The notes: generated from the sequence alone by a model not told the origin. Shown: positions 1 through 14,464, counted from the whole stretch's first letter. The stretch is 63,316 nt of DNA, filler included, from Octopus bimaculoides (GCF_001194135.2; 5 parts of 5 records of this genome joined end to end with filler, not necessarily neighbours in it); one strand, 5' to 3'. A program made the numbers and translations.

Positions 1-1053
1 ATGATGAGGGGCAGAATCAGAGCTAGAAAGATAGACAGACAAAAGAAGAGAAGAGAAATGAAAGAAAAGAAGGGGGAGAGAAAGGAAAACAAAGAGGAGA
101 GAGAGAGAGATGGAGAAAGAGAACATGTGTAAAATATAAACTAGGTGAAATGTATATACGTATATATATATATATGTAATGTATGTATATGAGGCTGGTG
201 TAAAGCAGTGGAGAGTGGGGAGTTGTGGAAAGAGAAAGGGAGAGAAAGGGGGAGGGAAGATGTGAATGAGGGAGAGAATAAGAGAAAGCTGGTCATAGAT
301 TGCCTGTCAAGAAAACCTATCCAAGTATTTAATCATCAAACAATGAGCGAGGTTTCGCCCTCGGGGCTTGGGGTTGCTTCAATCGAATTTTTATCCGTAA
401 TTCGAGTAGGGCCATCAAACATTTTGACAACTGAATCCCCAAACCACGTCCTTTCAATGAATTATTGTTTTAGACTTTCACTCCCTTTCTTTCCTTCCCC
501 ACCCCCTTTTCCCCCCACTTTTGGATGGTTGGGGATGTAGTGGGGGTGGGGTTCTTTCTCATTTCCTTCTCTCAAATCTCTCGTTCTTTTGCTCTACCAC
601 GTTGTTGTTGTTGTATGTTTTATTCATTCGTTTGTTAAATTCTGTTTTGTCGTTGTCATCCAACAACAGGTTGCTTGTTGCTATTGTTGATGAAATTCTG
701 ATTATAGTAGCTGTTATGGTTGTTATTGCTGCTGCTGCAGTTGTTGTTGTTGTTGCAGTCGCTGCTTTGCTTCTCGTTGCCAAAGCACGTCGTCCTTACA
801 GTTTGGGTTCATACTGCCCTCAATCCCCTTCTACTTAAGCAACGCTGAACACAAAATCCTTGACCTAAATATGAAATGTACTCACTCAGCATACAAACCC
901 TTTAAAGTCTACACACATACCTGGTGGGGGGGAGGAGGTGCGTATGTGTGTAAAAAAGTTATGCACATGCATTATACATATTTGTATGTGTGAGTGCGTG
1001 TGTATGTATGTGTGTGTGTTGTGTATAGCGCTTGATGTGTGCTTTATCACGTG

Positions 1054-1104
<51 letters not shown>

Positions 1105-1106
<2 letters not shown>

Positions 1107-1550
1107 CGTGAGTCGTCTAAGAGTTTTTCTCCCTCATCAGAGTTAGCCGATATGGAAAGGAATATGGCGACTGTTCTCTATTGTCGGAGTTTGCGATTGC
1201 TGTGAAAGAAAAAGTGAAGCTAAAATGAGTAGGGGATTAGGTTAGGAGTTTTGTCGGGGTACTGCAATCAGGCTCTGGTTGCCAGTGGTTTCAAGGATTG
1301 TATTAGTTGTACGCCAGACCCTAGCCCCCAACCCCAAGAGAAAACACCATCGGAAAGTGTTGTGGTTCACACCGCCTTTCTCTTTATATGTTAAAACCAG
1401 AGTAGGTAAGATCTTCTTTAGATTAGTTGATAAACACTTCCCCCGTACAATTAGATACAACAAAATATTTAATAGGCATACCTTGAGAATCTCCTTCAGC
1501 TGAGCACCTAGTGTAAAACGGACTTTAATAAGTAGGCCCACGGCCGACTA
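1105..1550 (+). mobile_element. Penelope-like element fragment (linker between RT and GIY-YIG)
   Basis: RKVLWFTPPFSLYVKTRVGKIFFRLVDKHFPRTIRYNKIFNRHTLRISFS matches the PLE motif RKIIWFNPPFS..VKT.IGK.F..L.DKHFP......KIFNR.T.K.SYS. Confidence 0.75.
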
Positions 1551-2287
1551 AGAAGCAGGATGCTATATAATGTATATATTCTGTTCTTCTATTTTATATA
1601 TACATAGATGTCAAATTTACTGCCATTAACATTATTACAGAAGTATATTTAAAACTCCATTATCAACAGCCAAAATATTAATTCTCAAATACTTCATCCT
1701 TTCCAATTCCTTTGTTACTAAATGACAAAATTGAATTAAAATTAATGTATAAAAACATTGTTTTTTTATTTATTGTTGTAAGCTTATTATTTCTTCGAAA
1801 AAATAAACCGAATTAATAAACGACATTTATTAAAATTTAATTAGTGTTTATAAACAATTTCTTCTGTTAAGTTTTCCGGCTAATAATTAAATCTATTTCA
1901 TTTACTGAAAACCTCTATTCAAGCATTTTTCATTAAATCCCCATGGTTCTTCCAAAGATACGGGAAGTATACACACACACGGACACACAGACGCACGAAC
2001 ATCTATTTATCTATCCATCTATCTATCATTCTAGCTATTTATACATGTATACATACAAAAACAAGCGCACGTACGCACGTATGTGTAGGTTATATTAAAG
2101 ATTAAAGTTTAGATCGGAGACTTTAAAATGTAGTATCCAAATCTTGTTTTGGGTTTATCCCTGGTGGTGTATCTTGAGAGCAATTTCACCACTCACAGCT
2201 GACAGGCGTCATCTGCAGTACAGCAGTTTCGTTGCAGGATCTACGTAAGGAATTTCTTGGTACACGTTTAGTGCATTTTAAATAGAA

Positions 2288-2332
<45 letters not shown>

Positions 2333-2871
2333 CACACACACACACACTCACACACGTGGTATATACAACTGAAGATCGGAAAATGTGCTTCTAAATTAAT
2401 TTTTTTTTTTAATTGATTTATTCAGTTTGTACATTAATCATGAAACTAATTTTGTATTGACCACGATAACCAATAAAATAGATTTCACCTATCTCGTTCG
2501 CCTTACATCATTTTCGTACCAAAGAGAAAAGTCTGTTTTTATTTCAAAAACAACGGCCATTTAACACGTTTGAGTTCCGCTTTAACTGCTCTTTCTCCCT
2601 CTCTTTGTCTTTAGATAGATAGATAGATAGGTAGGTAGGTAGGTAGGTATACACACGCACAAACATATCAGGCATTGTTAAACAGGTCGAATGTGTGTGT
2701 ATGATGTTCATACCTTTCTTAATATCAATGGAGATGGAATTCTCAGGAAATTGAATTCGTCAAACAGCGCCATTTTAACTTTTTTAACCTACCACACACA
2801 CACACACACACACATATACATGTATGAGTATATAAAATACTATAAAATACATATCGTCTTCCTTTCTCCAC

Positions 2872-2916
<45 letters not shown>

Positions 2917-3464
2917 GTCTTTATGCTAAGGATATGTACCTTAGAGATTAACATGAAGATGTGAATATGTTCACCGTCTTACATCGAAACTAAATCTTTT
3001 CTTCTCCATTATCATCTTCATCTGCTACTACTACTACTACTACTACTACTATAAACATAATTTGTATTTATATGTTTGTACTATTTTTTCTGTTGTTGTT
3101 GCTGGCGAAGTATTTCCGATCGGATCAGTGCAGAAGCTAGAATTGACCGTTTTCAAAGATTAGCAAGAAATCTTGGACGAAAGTAAGGAATTCTTTGTGT
3201 ATAAATCGGCTTAGATGGCATCATCCCGTGTTAAGGGAAACCTGTAAGAAATTCTATCAGGTTGTTGCAACGTGTTTCACTATAGGATTATAGTGTGTAT
3301 GTATATATATGTATCTATGTATTATAAATATATGTATGTGTATACATTCCTACCAAATACACACACCTCGTTTTTGTCATCTTCAATTTACAATTTATGG
3401 TGCTATGCAGTAATTCACTTGTAAACCACGACACACCAGTATACATACATGCAGACGTACATCC

Positions 3465-3542
<78 letters not shown>

Positions 3543-4026
3543 TTGCTTACATATATCTATATGTATGCATGCATACATACCTATATATATATGTGTGTTT
3601 GTGCGCGTGCGTACATATATATGCATGTGTGTGTCCATATGTATGTATGTTTGTATATATATTCAATTTGTGAATATGTAATTGTATTGTACATACATAT
3701 TGATGTAAGGGTGTACAATTTTGCATAATAATATTTATAATGCAATATGAAAAAGGTGACGAAACGACAATCCTCATATGGGAAGATATGGGAAAACAAA
3801 TTAGTTTTCTCCTCTCGTACATCCTGAATTCACACAATATATAACCACAACCAACAACAACAACAACCCTATATCAGTCATATAATGTGCAGGGGAATGG
3901 ATGTTAGACTCCACTTCATATCTGCTCTCTTGTCTTGTATATGAATGGAATCTTGCCATCTTCAAGTATGAAACCACCAACGGACGAAGTTTCTGAAACG
4001 ATATCTATCTATATATATTTTTGTAC

Positions 4027-4084
<58 letters not shown>

Positions 4085-4644
4085 AGGGAGGCGTATATAT
4101 ATATATATATATGTACACAAATATATATATATGCATATACTATATACACACATACACACGCACACATGCACACACACACACACCGTGGAATATCTAATCA
4201 GCGTCCCTTAACTGTCAGTCCACATATTGTGTTAAGCGTTTGATGAAAGGGTTTTTAACACGATTTTCGTTCAGCACAAAAAAGGGGTCCGCTTAATTAG
4301 ACGACAAAGACCCAGTGAATGAAATAGCGAAAAGTGAATGAGAAATTAATATGTAGACAAGGGGATAACTGGTCGGGTGGGTTGATGGGTGGGATTGGGG
4401 TCCAGGAACAAACAGCAACTGTCACCTGACATGTTGCCCTTGACATCAGTCATAACGCCTTAACATGGAGCAGGCTGGAGTGAGGCAGGCACAATTATAA
4501 ACCCTAAACTTGCTTTACTGGGTGAAACGTAATCTAAAAGATTTGAAAACGATGAAAGAGAGTGTTTCTGTACCAAGCTAACCACCTTGAGATGGACAGA
4601 AGGAAAGATATACGGAATTAGCTATCTATCTATCAAAACGCGCG

Positions 4645-4721
<77 letters not shown>

Positions 4722-6746
4722 TGTATGCGTGTGTATTTGTGCGGAAACGTATCGAACTGGAGCATTCGAAATCTTAGTATGCAGTAAATAAAAACAATAT
4801 AAATGATAGACAAATATTGTTTTCTATTTCTTCTGCAAGCTAAGGCGACAACATTAAATATATTTCCGACTAATTCTAGCCTCATCAGCGAACTATACCC
4901 TACATTAAATTTACCAAAGTTGTTTTACAATGAAAAGTTATTTCAATGGACAAAACAGGCGTCTAACAGCAAAGGAGATATTTGGCGACTTGAGTAGAAT
5001 AGAGAGAGAGAGAGAGACAGAGAGTGAGGGATAGAGGAGAGGGAGAAAGAAAGAGAGAGAAGATGGCAAAGGTGTGATAGGGGTGGGAGCTACACTCAAT
5101 TTACAGGGAAGTGTAAGTGGAACCAAAGATTGGATAGGGAGAGATTTGCAAAAGCAGAGTGGGAGATGGAGGGTAGGAAATATAGTGAGTGGACGGGTAT
5201 ACGTGTGTGTGTGTGTAATCGACTCTTCTAGCTTTGGTTTTCTTTTGCTTCCATTCGTTCGTTCTCTTTTTCCTTCCAATAAATTGTGCCGAAAATCTAA
5301 AAGCCGTTCCTGTCCTTTTCTGTTTCAACGATAAACTAATACCTCCATTGTTGTTATGCTGTTGTCGCTATTTGTAGCTTTGAATTTTAAAGATATATGT
5401 CTGTCTGTATATATGTGCGTATATAAGTACGTATGTAGGTACGTGTGTGTGTTTGTGTGTATACATATATATATGAATATACGTGTGTTTGTGTGACAGC
5501 TTGTGTAAAAGACTGCCGTAATTAAACCTTCTCGTTAGGTGGTATAGTTTTTGTAATTTAACTTTCAGCTGTTTAGAAGCTTTGTTACTCATTATAGTCA
5601 TTATTATTCTTGTTGTTGTTGTTGTTCTTCTTCTTCTTCTTCTTATTATTATTATTATTATTATTGTTCTTCTTGTTATTGTCATCATCGTCATCATTGC
5701 TATCATTACTATCGTCATCATCATCATCATCATCACCATCATTGTTATTATTGTCCTTATTTTTTATTATTGTTATTTTTGGTGTTATTTCCTTTCCCCT
5801 CTCAAATTCTAACCTCCTCCCCTTGCCTTAATCTCCCCTAATTTACACAACAGCCCCAACGTAGTTCCCTCTCAATGTGGTGGTCTTCTTTAACCACATG
5901 AAACGATACAAACCTGCAAAATACAAAAATTAGTTTCTGTATCTGGGTGGTAAATGGTCGGTTTGTTTTCGCTTTTGTGGGTTTAACGAGGTGGTGGGGT
6001 GGATGGAAGACCAATAGTAGGGGGTCGTGGTGGTGGCGCTGTGAGAAAAACTGTTGTCTAATTAGTAAACACTGATGTCTCTCTTTCATATGACTGTCAA
6101 AATATGAGATATGAGGGTCAGAGAAAATTGGAAAATAAAACCCATCGCTGTTGTTGTTGTTGTTGTTGTTGTTGGTTTTGCAGTGGTTCGGCGTTGTCAG
6201 CTTTGTTATCGTCATCCATCGTCATCAGTATCAGCATCATCATTATTAATCATCATCATCATCACGAACACGCTATCGTAGCAAAGTCCATTCACCATTC
6301 CAAAATGCAGCGATAACTGATTCATTTATCACGCCAACGTCTTTGCGTCAACGCACAAACATCTTCTCATCTCGTTCTCTTCGATAAATTCGTTGATTTT
6401 GTACATCACTAAATTATTATCATTAAGATTTCTCTCATACAGGTAGGCAGCGCGGAAGAAAGACGGTTTTCGCCTGTTTGGGATATTTTCAATACGATAC
6501 GAGGCAATATATATATATAATATATATATATACACACATATAAAACAAATAATAAATGAGTATATGCATATATACGTACAAGTATGTGCATACCTACATC
6601 TACTTGTATATATAGGTGCATATCTGGGTACAGGACATACATACATACATATATAAATACATACATATATAAATATATACATATATAAATATATACATAT
6701 ACATACATATATAAATATATACATACATATACGAATATATACATAC

Positions 6747-6796
<50 letters not shown>

Positions 6797-7034
6797 TTCN
6801 NNNNNNNNNNNNNNNNNNNNNNNNNNNNNNNNNNNNNNNNNNNNNNNNNNNNNNNNNNNNNNNNNNNNNNNNNNNNNNNNNNNNNNNNNNNNNNNNNNNN
6901 NNNNNNNNNNNNNNNNNNNNNNNNNNNNNNNNNNNNNNNNNNNNNNNNNNNNNNNNNNNNNNNNNNNNNNNNNNNNNNNNNNNNNNNNNNNNNNNNNNNN
7001 NNNNNNNNNNNNNNNNNNNNNNNNNNNNNNNNNN

Positions 7035-7079
<45 letters not shown>

Positions 7080-7930
7080 CATGAGTGTGTGTGTGTGTGT
7101 GTAAACCACATATAGGGCCCTTGTGGATTCTACCAAACATTTTTTCTGTCTCTCACTCCATTTGCCATCAAGCAAAGAATTTGACAGTTGATTAAAGTTT
7201 TTAGCGAGAATCTCCGTCAAGTATGTTGGCACTTTAACGAGAATTACACTGCACACCAGCAAATTCTCTGCGACTAATAAGGTCTAGTGATAACTTTAAT
7301 GAAGTTATTTTGGTAAAACGAAATATCTGGAATGATAAGGCGAAACTATCTTCACTTAATTAAACATGACAAAGTATTTGTTTGTAATAAAGCATTTACA
7401 TACATCATTGTTTGATAAGGTCTACCTACTTGTCTCTCTGTCTGTCTAACTTTCTATCTGTGTATTTGCGTCTATGAGTGTGTGTATAAATATATATATA
7501 TATATGTGGGTGGGGGGTGTATGTATCCGTGTGTGTATATATGTAGGTATGTGTGTCTGTGTACAGCGCCGACTTAAGGCATGGACACACGGAGCAGTTG
7601 CAGAGGATCCACAAGGGTTTAGGGGTCCAGTTCTGATCTGCGTATGGTATAGGGTCCATTGTTCACTAAAATACTTAATACATCTGACAATAGCGACTGT
7701 ATATACTTGCATTTGAATACTAGCGCTGCAGGTGAAACGTCTGTGTTGAGCTGTGTATCAATTCCAGTTCTTAGCAAAATGAGACTACATGCATACCTTT
7801 GTTGACTTCTTAATTTCTTGGGGTCTCTTACATCGAGACTAAACGAGGGATCAATCTGACTTGTGATTCATGAGTGAGTAGGGGGCGGGACTCTTCGGCA
7901 AAACGAAGTAGATCAACAAGTGCTACTCTT

Positions 7931-7981
<51 letters not shown>

Positions 7982-8515
7982 AAGTTTCAGTCGATAAAAT
8001 AAAGTATCAATCAAGTATTGGGGTCGATATAATCGATTTGTCACATTTCCTTGAAGCCTGCAACTCGTTGACGTCTCCTTCAGAAGAACCATCATGATTT
8101 GGGTCACTTATACGCTTATACTCCATGGAAACCGGGTTTATCGGCCTTATGAGTTCTTGGGCTAAAAGGGTGTATGTATGCATGTGTGTATGTATGTATG
8201 TATACCCATGTGCATATGTGTGTCAGTGTATACATATACACACATACATACATACACGCATACATAGCGATAATGATGCAAATAAACAAACAAAACCGCT
8301 TCGGTTTCCTATAGAAAAACCACATACAGATTTACATGTAAACAGAGAGAAAACAAAGACTGGAAAATTTCAGACAATGAATCTTTGTCTATAAATATAT
8401 TGAAATTTCTATATTAACAGAGCCAACTGACACAGGGTACAAAGACACAGAAAATCAAAGGGATGAAGGTCTTTATATTCTGCTTCAATTGACTCTACTA
8501 ATATATAAATATCTA

Positions 8516-8700
8516 TAGCACGCCGGACGAAATGCTTATTGTCTGTGTTTACATTCTGAGTTCAAATTCCACCTAGGTCGACTTTGCCTTTCATCCTTTC
8601 GGGGTCGATAAATTAAATACCAGTTACGTTCTCGGATCGATCTAATCGACTGGACCCCTCCTCAAAAATTTCGAGCCTTGTGCCGAGAGAAGAAAAGAAT
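8516..8700 (+). mobile_element. tRNA-derived SINE, 5'-truncated
   Basis: gagttcaaattcc B-box-like motif followed by the ggtcgactttgcctttcatcctttcggggtcgataaa core; a second copy lies at 28528-28740. Confidence 0.8.
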
Positions 8701-8985
8701 ATATAAATATGTTTATTCATGAATATACATTGTCTGAAAATTTTCGATCTTTGCTTCCATTCCACTTCCATGTATTTTTCGTATATCGAACCCATGCTCT
8801 TTTTTTTCCCCTTTACTTGCATAATTGCCTCCATGTCTGCTCACTTGGTTTCCTCATAAAACCACTCTTTACCCCGTGGACTTGGTCCTCGGTGATAATT
8901 TCCGAGTGTAAGTTCAAATCGTTTGAGCGCTGCTAGGTGTATGTTGTATACTGAACATCTCTGGATCTCAAATCTTGACTCTGTG

Positions 8986-9036
<51 letters not shown>

Positions 9037-11029
9037 GTAAAACATACATATATATGTATATGTGTATTTATACGTTTATAAATATGTGTGTGTGTGTGTG
9101 CAGAACAACCATCTATATATTTAAATTGTCTCCCCTAGTAAGTGTCATGTGGTGTTAAGTAGGCAGTTCTTCTCAATTGTAACTCAAAATTAATTGTTAT
9201 TTGCTGAAGTTATTAGTAAAAACCAGAGACATTTACACCTGCAAGATAAATTATCATTGACTTTACAGGCAAGTGTGATGTTTCGACCTCTTTCGTTAAT
9301 TAAATACGAATAACAAAGAGAAAATCACTTTTTCAATTAAACACTTTTTATTGTGGATTCCTTTCTATTCTTATTCTCTGAAATTTTTGTTTTATGGTTA
9401 TACAGATATACACGTAAATGTCGAATGACGACAATGAGTGCTCAACACCGCATTGGTGGATAGTTTATTTGTGTGTTAAAAATGTCTTAATATCTAAACA
9501 ATTATTCAAGCTAGTCACATGGGGGAATGGTATTGTTTTTATCCAAAATGGAGACGAACACTATTCCGACATGTGATAGTCTTGAATAATTAAGATATTT
9601 TTCTTAATATGAAACCGATGGTAGCCTTAATACACAAATCATTAAATAAATAAATAGATATTTCTCTCTGCTCGTCTGGTTATGGTCAAGCAACTGACAA
9701 GCAAATCTGTGGTATTGAGCAGAGTATTTGCTGTAGCCCATCTTTTCGACCAAGACAAAACAATGTACGTGATAACACTTCCAACCAGTTAAGATCAGAA
9801 GCCATGAGAGATTATACTTATAATAATTATTATTATTATTGTTGTTGTTATTATTCATAACAAAACGCGAATTAGAGGAACACTGATAGTGCAAAACCAC
9901 ACTATCGGTGAGATAATAATAATGTAAACACATTCCTTCCATGGTGTTTATGCGTGGAGAGCAGGCGAGTCTCCTGACCGAACGTTTCTTGGTTCCATGA
10001 CTCCTCAGCAAGCCAAGTAAATATTTTCTGAAGAGTGGTCAACAAAGCGTGAAACGGTCCATTAATAGACTGTTTCCCACTTATTTTTCGCACGTCAACA
10101 GCATAGAAAGAATGGGATTAAAATCGATGGAAGAAGAAAACGAAAATGAGAAAATAGATAGTATACTAATGTCTGTGTTTGTACACAAAGAGAGGGAGTG
10201 AGAGGGAGGGAGGGAGAAGGAGGAATTGGAAAGAGAGAAGAATAATAAGACAGAAATAACATTAAATGATATGAAATAAGAAGGGAGAAATAAAGTATAA
10301 AAACATTGGAGTTTGTAAAGAGAGAAACGAAAAGTGGGGAAGACGTAACAAGCACTGAAAAAAAGGGGGATAGGGTGTTGAAAGGATGAAACACGAAAAG
10401 AAACGCAATGAGAAAACAGAAAAATATACTGGGAATGGAATCTGGAAAGAAAGAAGACAAAAAGAAATAAAGAATAATTTAAGAAAAGAAAAAAAATATC
10501 AAGAGAGGAAAACAAACATAGAACATGGGTAGGTGGGGGGGGGAGGTAATAGAAGAAAAGCTCAACAAACGAAAGGAAATGAAGAAAAATCAAAAGAAAA
10601 ATGAGACAAAAGATATAAAGAATGAAATAATGAAAACAAGAGAGAAAAAAGAATGAAAGGTAAAATGGAAGAAAAAAAGGAAAAAAGGATGGGAAAAGGG
10701 AAAAGTAGAGAGAAGAAGAATGTAAGAAATGAAGAGAAGTGGGAAGAAAGTGGGAGGGAAGTGGTGAGTCTGGCCCAAGAGAATGTTGTTGAAGCTAATA
10801 AATAAGGAAAATTACCAGTTTCACATTGGAAATGTTGTTCTCTTTTTATCACTTTTCAACTAATTATTTTCAATTACTTTAAAATCATACATCAACCATA
10901 TTGGACATATAGCTGGCTGTGTGTGCGTGTTTGTTTGTTTGTTTGTTTGTTTGTTTGTTTGTTGGTGGGTGGGGGTGTACGCATGTGTATCTATATATAT
11001 ATATATATTTAAAAATTTTCACACAACTT

Positions 11030-11430
11030 CCAAGTCTCGACAAAATTCATCATCAAAGTGGATAAACCTCATCTTTAATATTGCTTTCTGGTATATTCGG
11101 TATTTGTGCCAGTAAACAATTGTCAGCTCCTGAAATGAGTATTCTTCATACTTACGAAATAAAACCATAAACAGTTTAGGTCTTTTAGCATTTCGAGGTT
11201 TCACAGAGTAGATTCTGGAAGAAGAACATCCGCAGCTTTTCTTGTTCGGTGTTTTAGTAATTTCATTCCAAACATAGGACTCTAGAAAACTGGGTTCCAG
11301 GTATCAGTAATCAGATTCTCGTACAAGAAAGACCTCTCTATCACACACTGACTGCCAATATTGTTTCACCAATCTTTGTTATAAAGAGTTAACATAAATA
11401 CATGAAACATTTGCTGATACAAAAGTAAAA
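11030..11430 (-). mobile_element. Degenerate CR1/L2-type LINE, RT C-terminal fragment
   Basis: Broken frame ERSFLYENLITDTWNPVF...RTRKAADVLLPE...LKDLNCL...FVETWKL resembles the CR1 motifs VRP.LEY....WNPY, QRRA.KL.PEL, LK.LNL and V..WN.LP. Confidence 0.5.
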
Positions 11431-11975
11431 AAAAAAAAGAGAGAATATTTTAGACAATTATATTGTGTAGTTCTGACAATTTTCACATTTTGAAATTATG
11501 GAAGTCAAATAAATTATTGCAGAAAAGACAAGTCTTGCAAGAAGAATATTTCTGAGATACAATTTAGCTATAACAACCATTTCAGTAATATTGTTGGTTA
11601 AATCATAATTAGTATTCTTGTCTCAAGTGAGATGTAATAAATATTTAGATTTCCTACAAAGCTAAGTTCACCTAAGAGTAAGTGACAGGTCGAAGTAGAT
11701 TTTAGGGTGAAGGTCAAACATGAACGTGACATAAACAAACAATATCACTTCAGTTTTCTGTGTCTTTCTGTGTATAGGCATATAGTTACATGACTAGACA
11801 TAGTTTTATATATATATATATATAAACATGGATATGTATGTATACGTATGTGTGTGTTTGAAAAACAGACACGGTGTGTTTATGAATAAATGTGTGTAGA
11901 AAAATCATATCGGATATGATTAATAAACATATTTAGTATCGTTGTGAAAACATAACCTTGAGTAAACCACACAAG

Positions 11976-12061
11976 GTTCGACCTCGAGAAGCCAAATTCC
12001 CGCCAACTAGTTCCCTCAGCCACCTCCTCCTCCACAGTCGCATACTCACAGACCGACCTAC
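11976..12061 (+). CDS. Candidate internal exon of an unidentified gene
   Basis: cacaag acceptor and gtacgc donor; open frame FDLEKPNSRQLVPSATSSSTVAYSQTDL; phase 2 to 1, compatible with the exon at 12135 across a 73-nt GT-AG intron. GC-richer than its flanks. Confidence 0.42.
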
Positions 12062-12134
12062 GTACGCATGGATGTGTATTCAGTTCTTTGTCCTTCTTTA
12101 CCTCTTCCTCCTCCTCCTCCTCCTCCTTCCTTAG

Positions 12135-12247
12135 CTGAGTTGACGGAATCCAGAGGTTGGGATGGTCCTCATCCCGAGCCTTTTATTGCTTATCCGTGCC
12201 TAAAACATTTCAAACTCAACATCCAGGAACGGATCAAAGTGGTGTGA
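12135..12247 (+). CDS. Candidate terminal coding exon of an unidentified gene
   Basis: Long polypyrimidine tract plus ttag acceptor; (P)ELTESRGWDGPHPEPFIAYPCLKHFKLNIQERIKVV then TGA. Complex sequence with no similarity to repeats I recognise. Confidence 0.45.
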
Positions 12248-13221
12248 CATTTGTCTTACTGAAATCTCCACATCATTTGTCATCTCAACACAACCACACG
12301 CGCACATATAAGTGTGTGCGTGCGCGCGCGCCAGTGTGTAAAGGGAGTTAATTTCGATTTACTGACAAGCTCAAAATTCTTTTGCAATAATTTCCAATAT
12401 TCCCTTTCCACCGTCTGAACCAAGCGATGGTGTTAAACTGGGGAGGATTCTAATCATAGATCTACCGATTCAGGACTGACCTAGGGTTAAACAACAGCAA
12501 CGTTATTATCTATATTATTTCTATTTATTTCATATTTTCCACGCTGTTTATTTCAATCGTTTACTGCCATTATTCATACAAATGTCAGTTTATATTTTAT
12601 TGGATGAGCTTCCCAAGCAGACAGTACATCAGAAAGCTTGCATATGGGTCAGATGTTCGATCCCTTTCAAGCGTATCGTGTTAATTTTTTTTATTTATTC
12701 ACCTCATTTCACATTGGTTCAATTTCGTCAATCGTCAAAAGAGACGTGTAACGTGTCAATTAGGAATACATTACCTGTAAACTATCGAGAAGATTGATGC
12801 TTATCATATTAGTCAGTTCTCGCCAGGAAAGCAGAACCAATCCCTTGTCTTTATATGAGCAAACAAATGGAGAGCCTTAGTGGTTGATAAATCTGTTAAA
12901 AATAGCAACGAAATATCTTTCATATCACATGCAACCGTCTCAAAAAAGAAAAATGGATACATTATACATCGTAGTCTTATTGGATGATCATAACTGGAAG
13001 GTCATTAATGGAAGGTGTGTGAATCACTAGATACGTGAACCATTAATAACCAGCAGCCAGTATTACAATTCCAGATTGTCTTTCAACATCCTCACGACGA
13101 AATGAATTTCTTTGACAACGGAGGTTTTATTTTTTGACTATGCAAACACCAACACTGTTATTGTGGTTCTTTTGGGAGAATTGACATGAAAACCTATTCT
13201 TTTAACTATAAATACATACGT

Positions 13222-13284
<63 letters not shown>

Positions 13285-13379
13285 TGTGTGTGTGTGTGCA
13301 TGAAGGCAGGACCTGAAATATTAAAATATACAGTTGACAGTTTTGTATCGATGCCATCACTAATTTGGCATAAATCTCT

Positions 13380-13760
13380 AACCGGCCGCCATAGCCTTCA
13401 GCAAAAAGACTTGACCTCTAAGCCACGGAATAAGCCTCTAACCTTCACACATTTCTATTACAAATAACTAAAATGACCTCTGCCACTTCAAGCGTGTCGA
13501 TCTTTTGTCGACTCCACCCAAATACTCCTAAGTTCTTCGTCCACCAATCATGATTATTCTCAATTTCTACGTTAAACATAGACTCCAACAACCATTCGTC
13601 TCCAGGATATTGGCATTCTGAAATTCTCAGCTATGTCCATATCCTTTTTCTATTTTTGTTACAAGGTCTTTTGGAAAATATACAAGACCAACAGCATCCA
13701 CTTCAATTTCACCGTAAGTGGAGGAGCTGCTATGGATACCAGTAAGGATGAATATTTTAA
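13380..13760 (-). mobile_element. Degenerate RTE LINE fragment
   Basis: Broken frames recall YLGS...DI.HRI..GW.KWR..SGVICDR.V..RLKG; many stops. Confidence 0.45.
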
Positions 13761-14301
13761 GAAATGGTTTCAAATTTAAAATGTTTGAACAGGTAAATTA
13801 ACGCAATATTGTAAAAACGTACACACACACACATGCACTATACTTTGAAAGTACATTTTTTCCTTGCGAGTGTGTGCGTATATGCGAGTGTTTGTGTGTG
13901 TGCGCGCGCATGTGCATACAAATACACGCACCTGTACATATATGCATATGGATGTATATATATATATATATATACACGCATATGGATATATATATATATA
14001 TATATTCCAGAATGCATGAAGTTAAATGTAACACAAATAGGCATATATAAATATGTGTATTAATATATTTAAATTTATGCGTGCATACATACATACAAAT
14101 GCACACGCATTAAACTTTAAATTAAACTTTAAATTAGCGAAATACTGAATCTGTACATCAAAAAACTTATGTGATGACAGTATAAATAGTAATTAAACGT
14201 TATATACATACATATAAACAGACATACACACAGACATATACACTTATGCATGTATAAAGTAGACATAAACATATAAAAGTATGTGAATGTATGTATCTAT
14301 A

Positions 14302-14361
<60 letters not shown>

Positions 14362-14381
14362 AATATATACATGTAGGTATG

Positions 14382-14412
<31 letters not shown>

Positions 14413-14464
14413 GTAGGTATGTATATATATGTATGTATATATGTATATATATGTATGTATATAT

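Noticed and set aside
3110-3290. Coding island
   Set aside because: It has stops and only a faint resemblance to a mariner catalytic region; not supportable as a gene or a confident transposon call.
7130-7300. Minus-strand exon (VPTYLTEILAKNFNQLSNSLLDGKW)
   Set aside because: It is better explained as an old LINE RT N-terminal remnant (LA..L...FN..L..GK.P..WK pattern).
8876-8935. 60-nt minus-strand exon with two open frames
   Set aside because: There is no supported partner exon, and it may be a LINE linker remnant; the evidence is too weak to call.
11156-11214. Minus-strand exon with strong splice sites (RIYSVKPRNAKRPKLFMVLF)
   Set aside because: It lies inside a segment whose alternative frame resembles a decayed CR1-type RT C-terminus.
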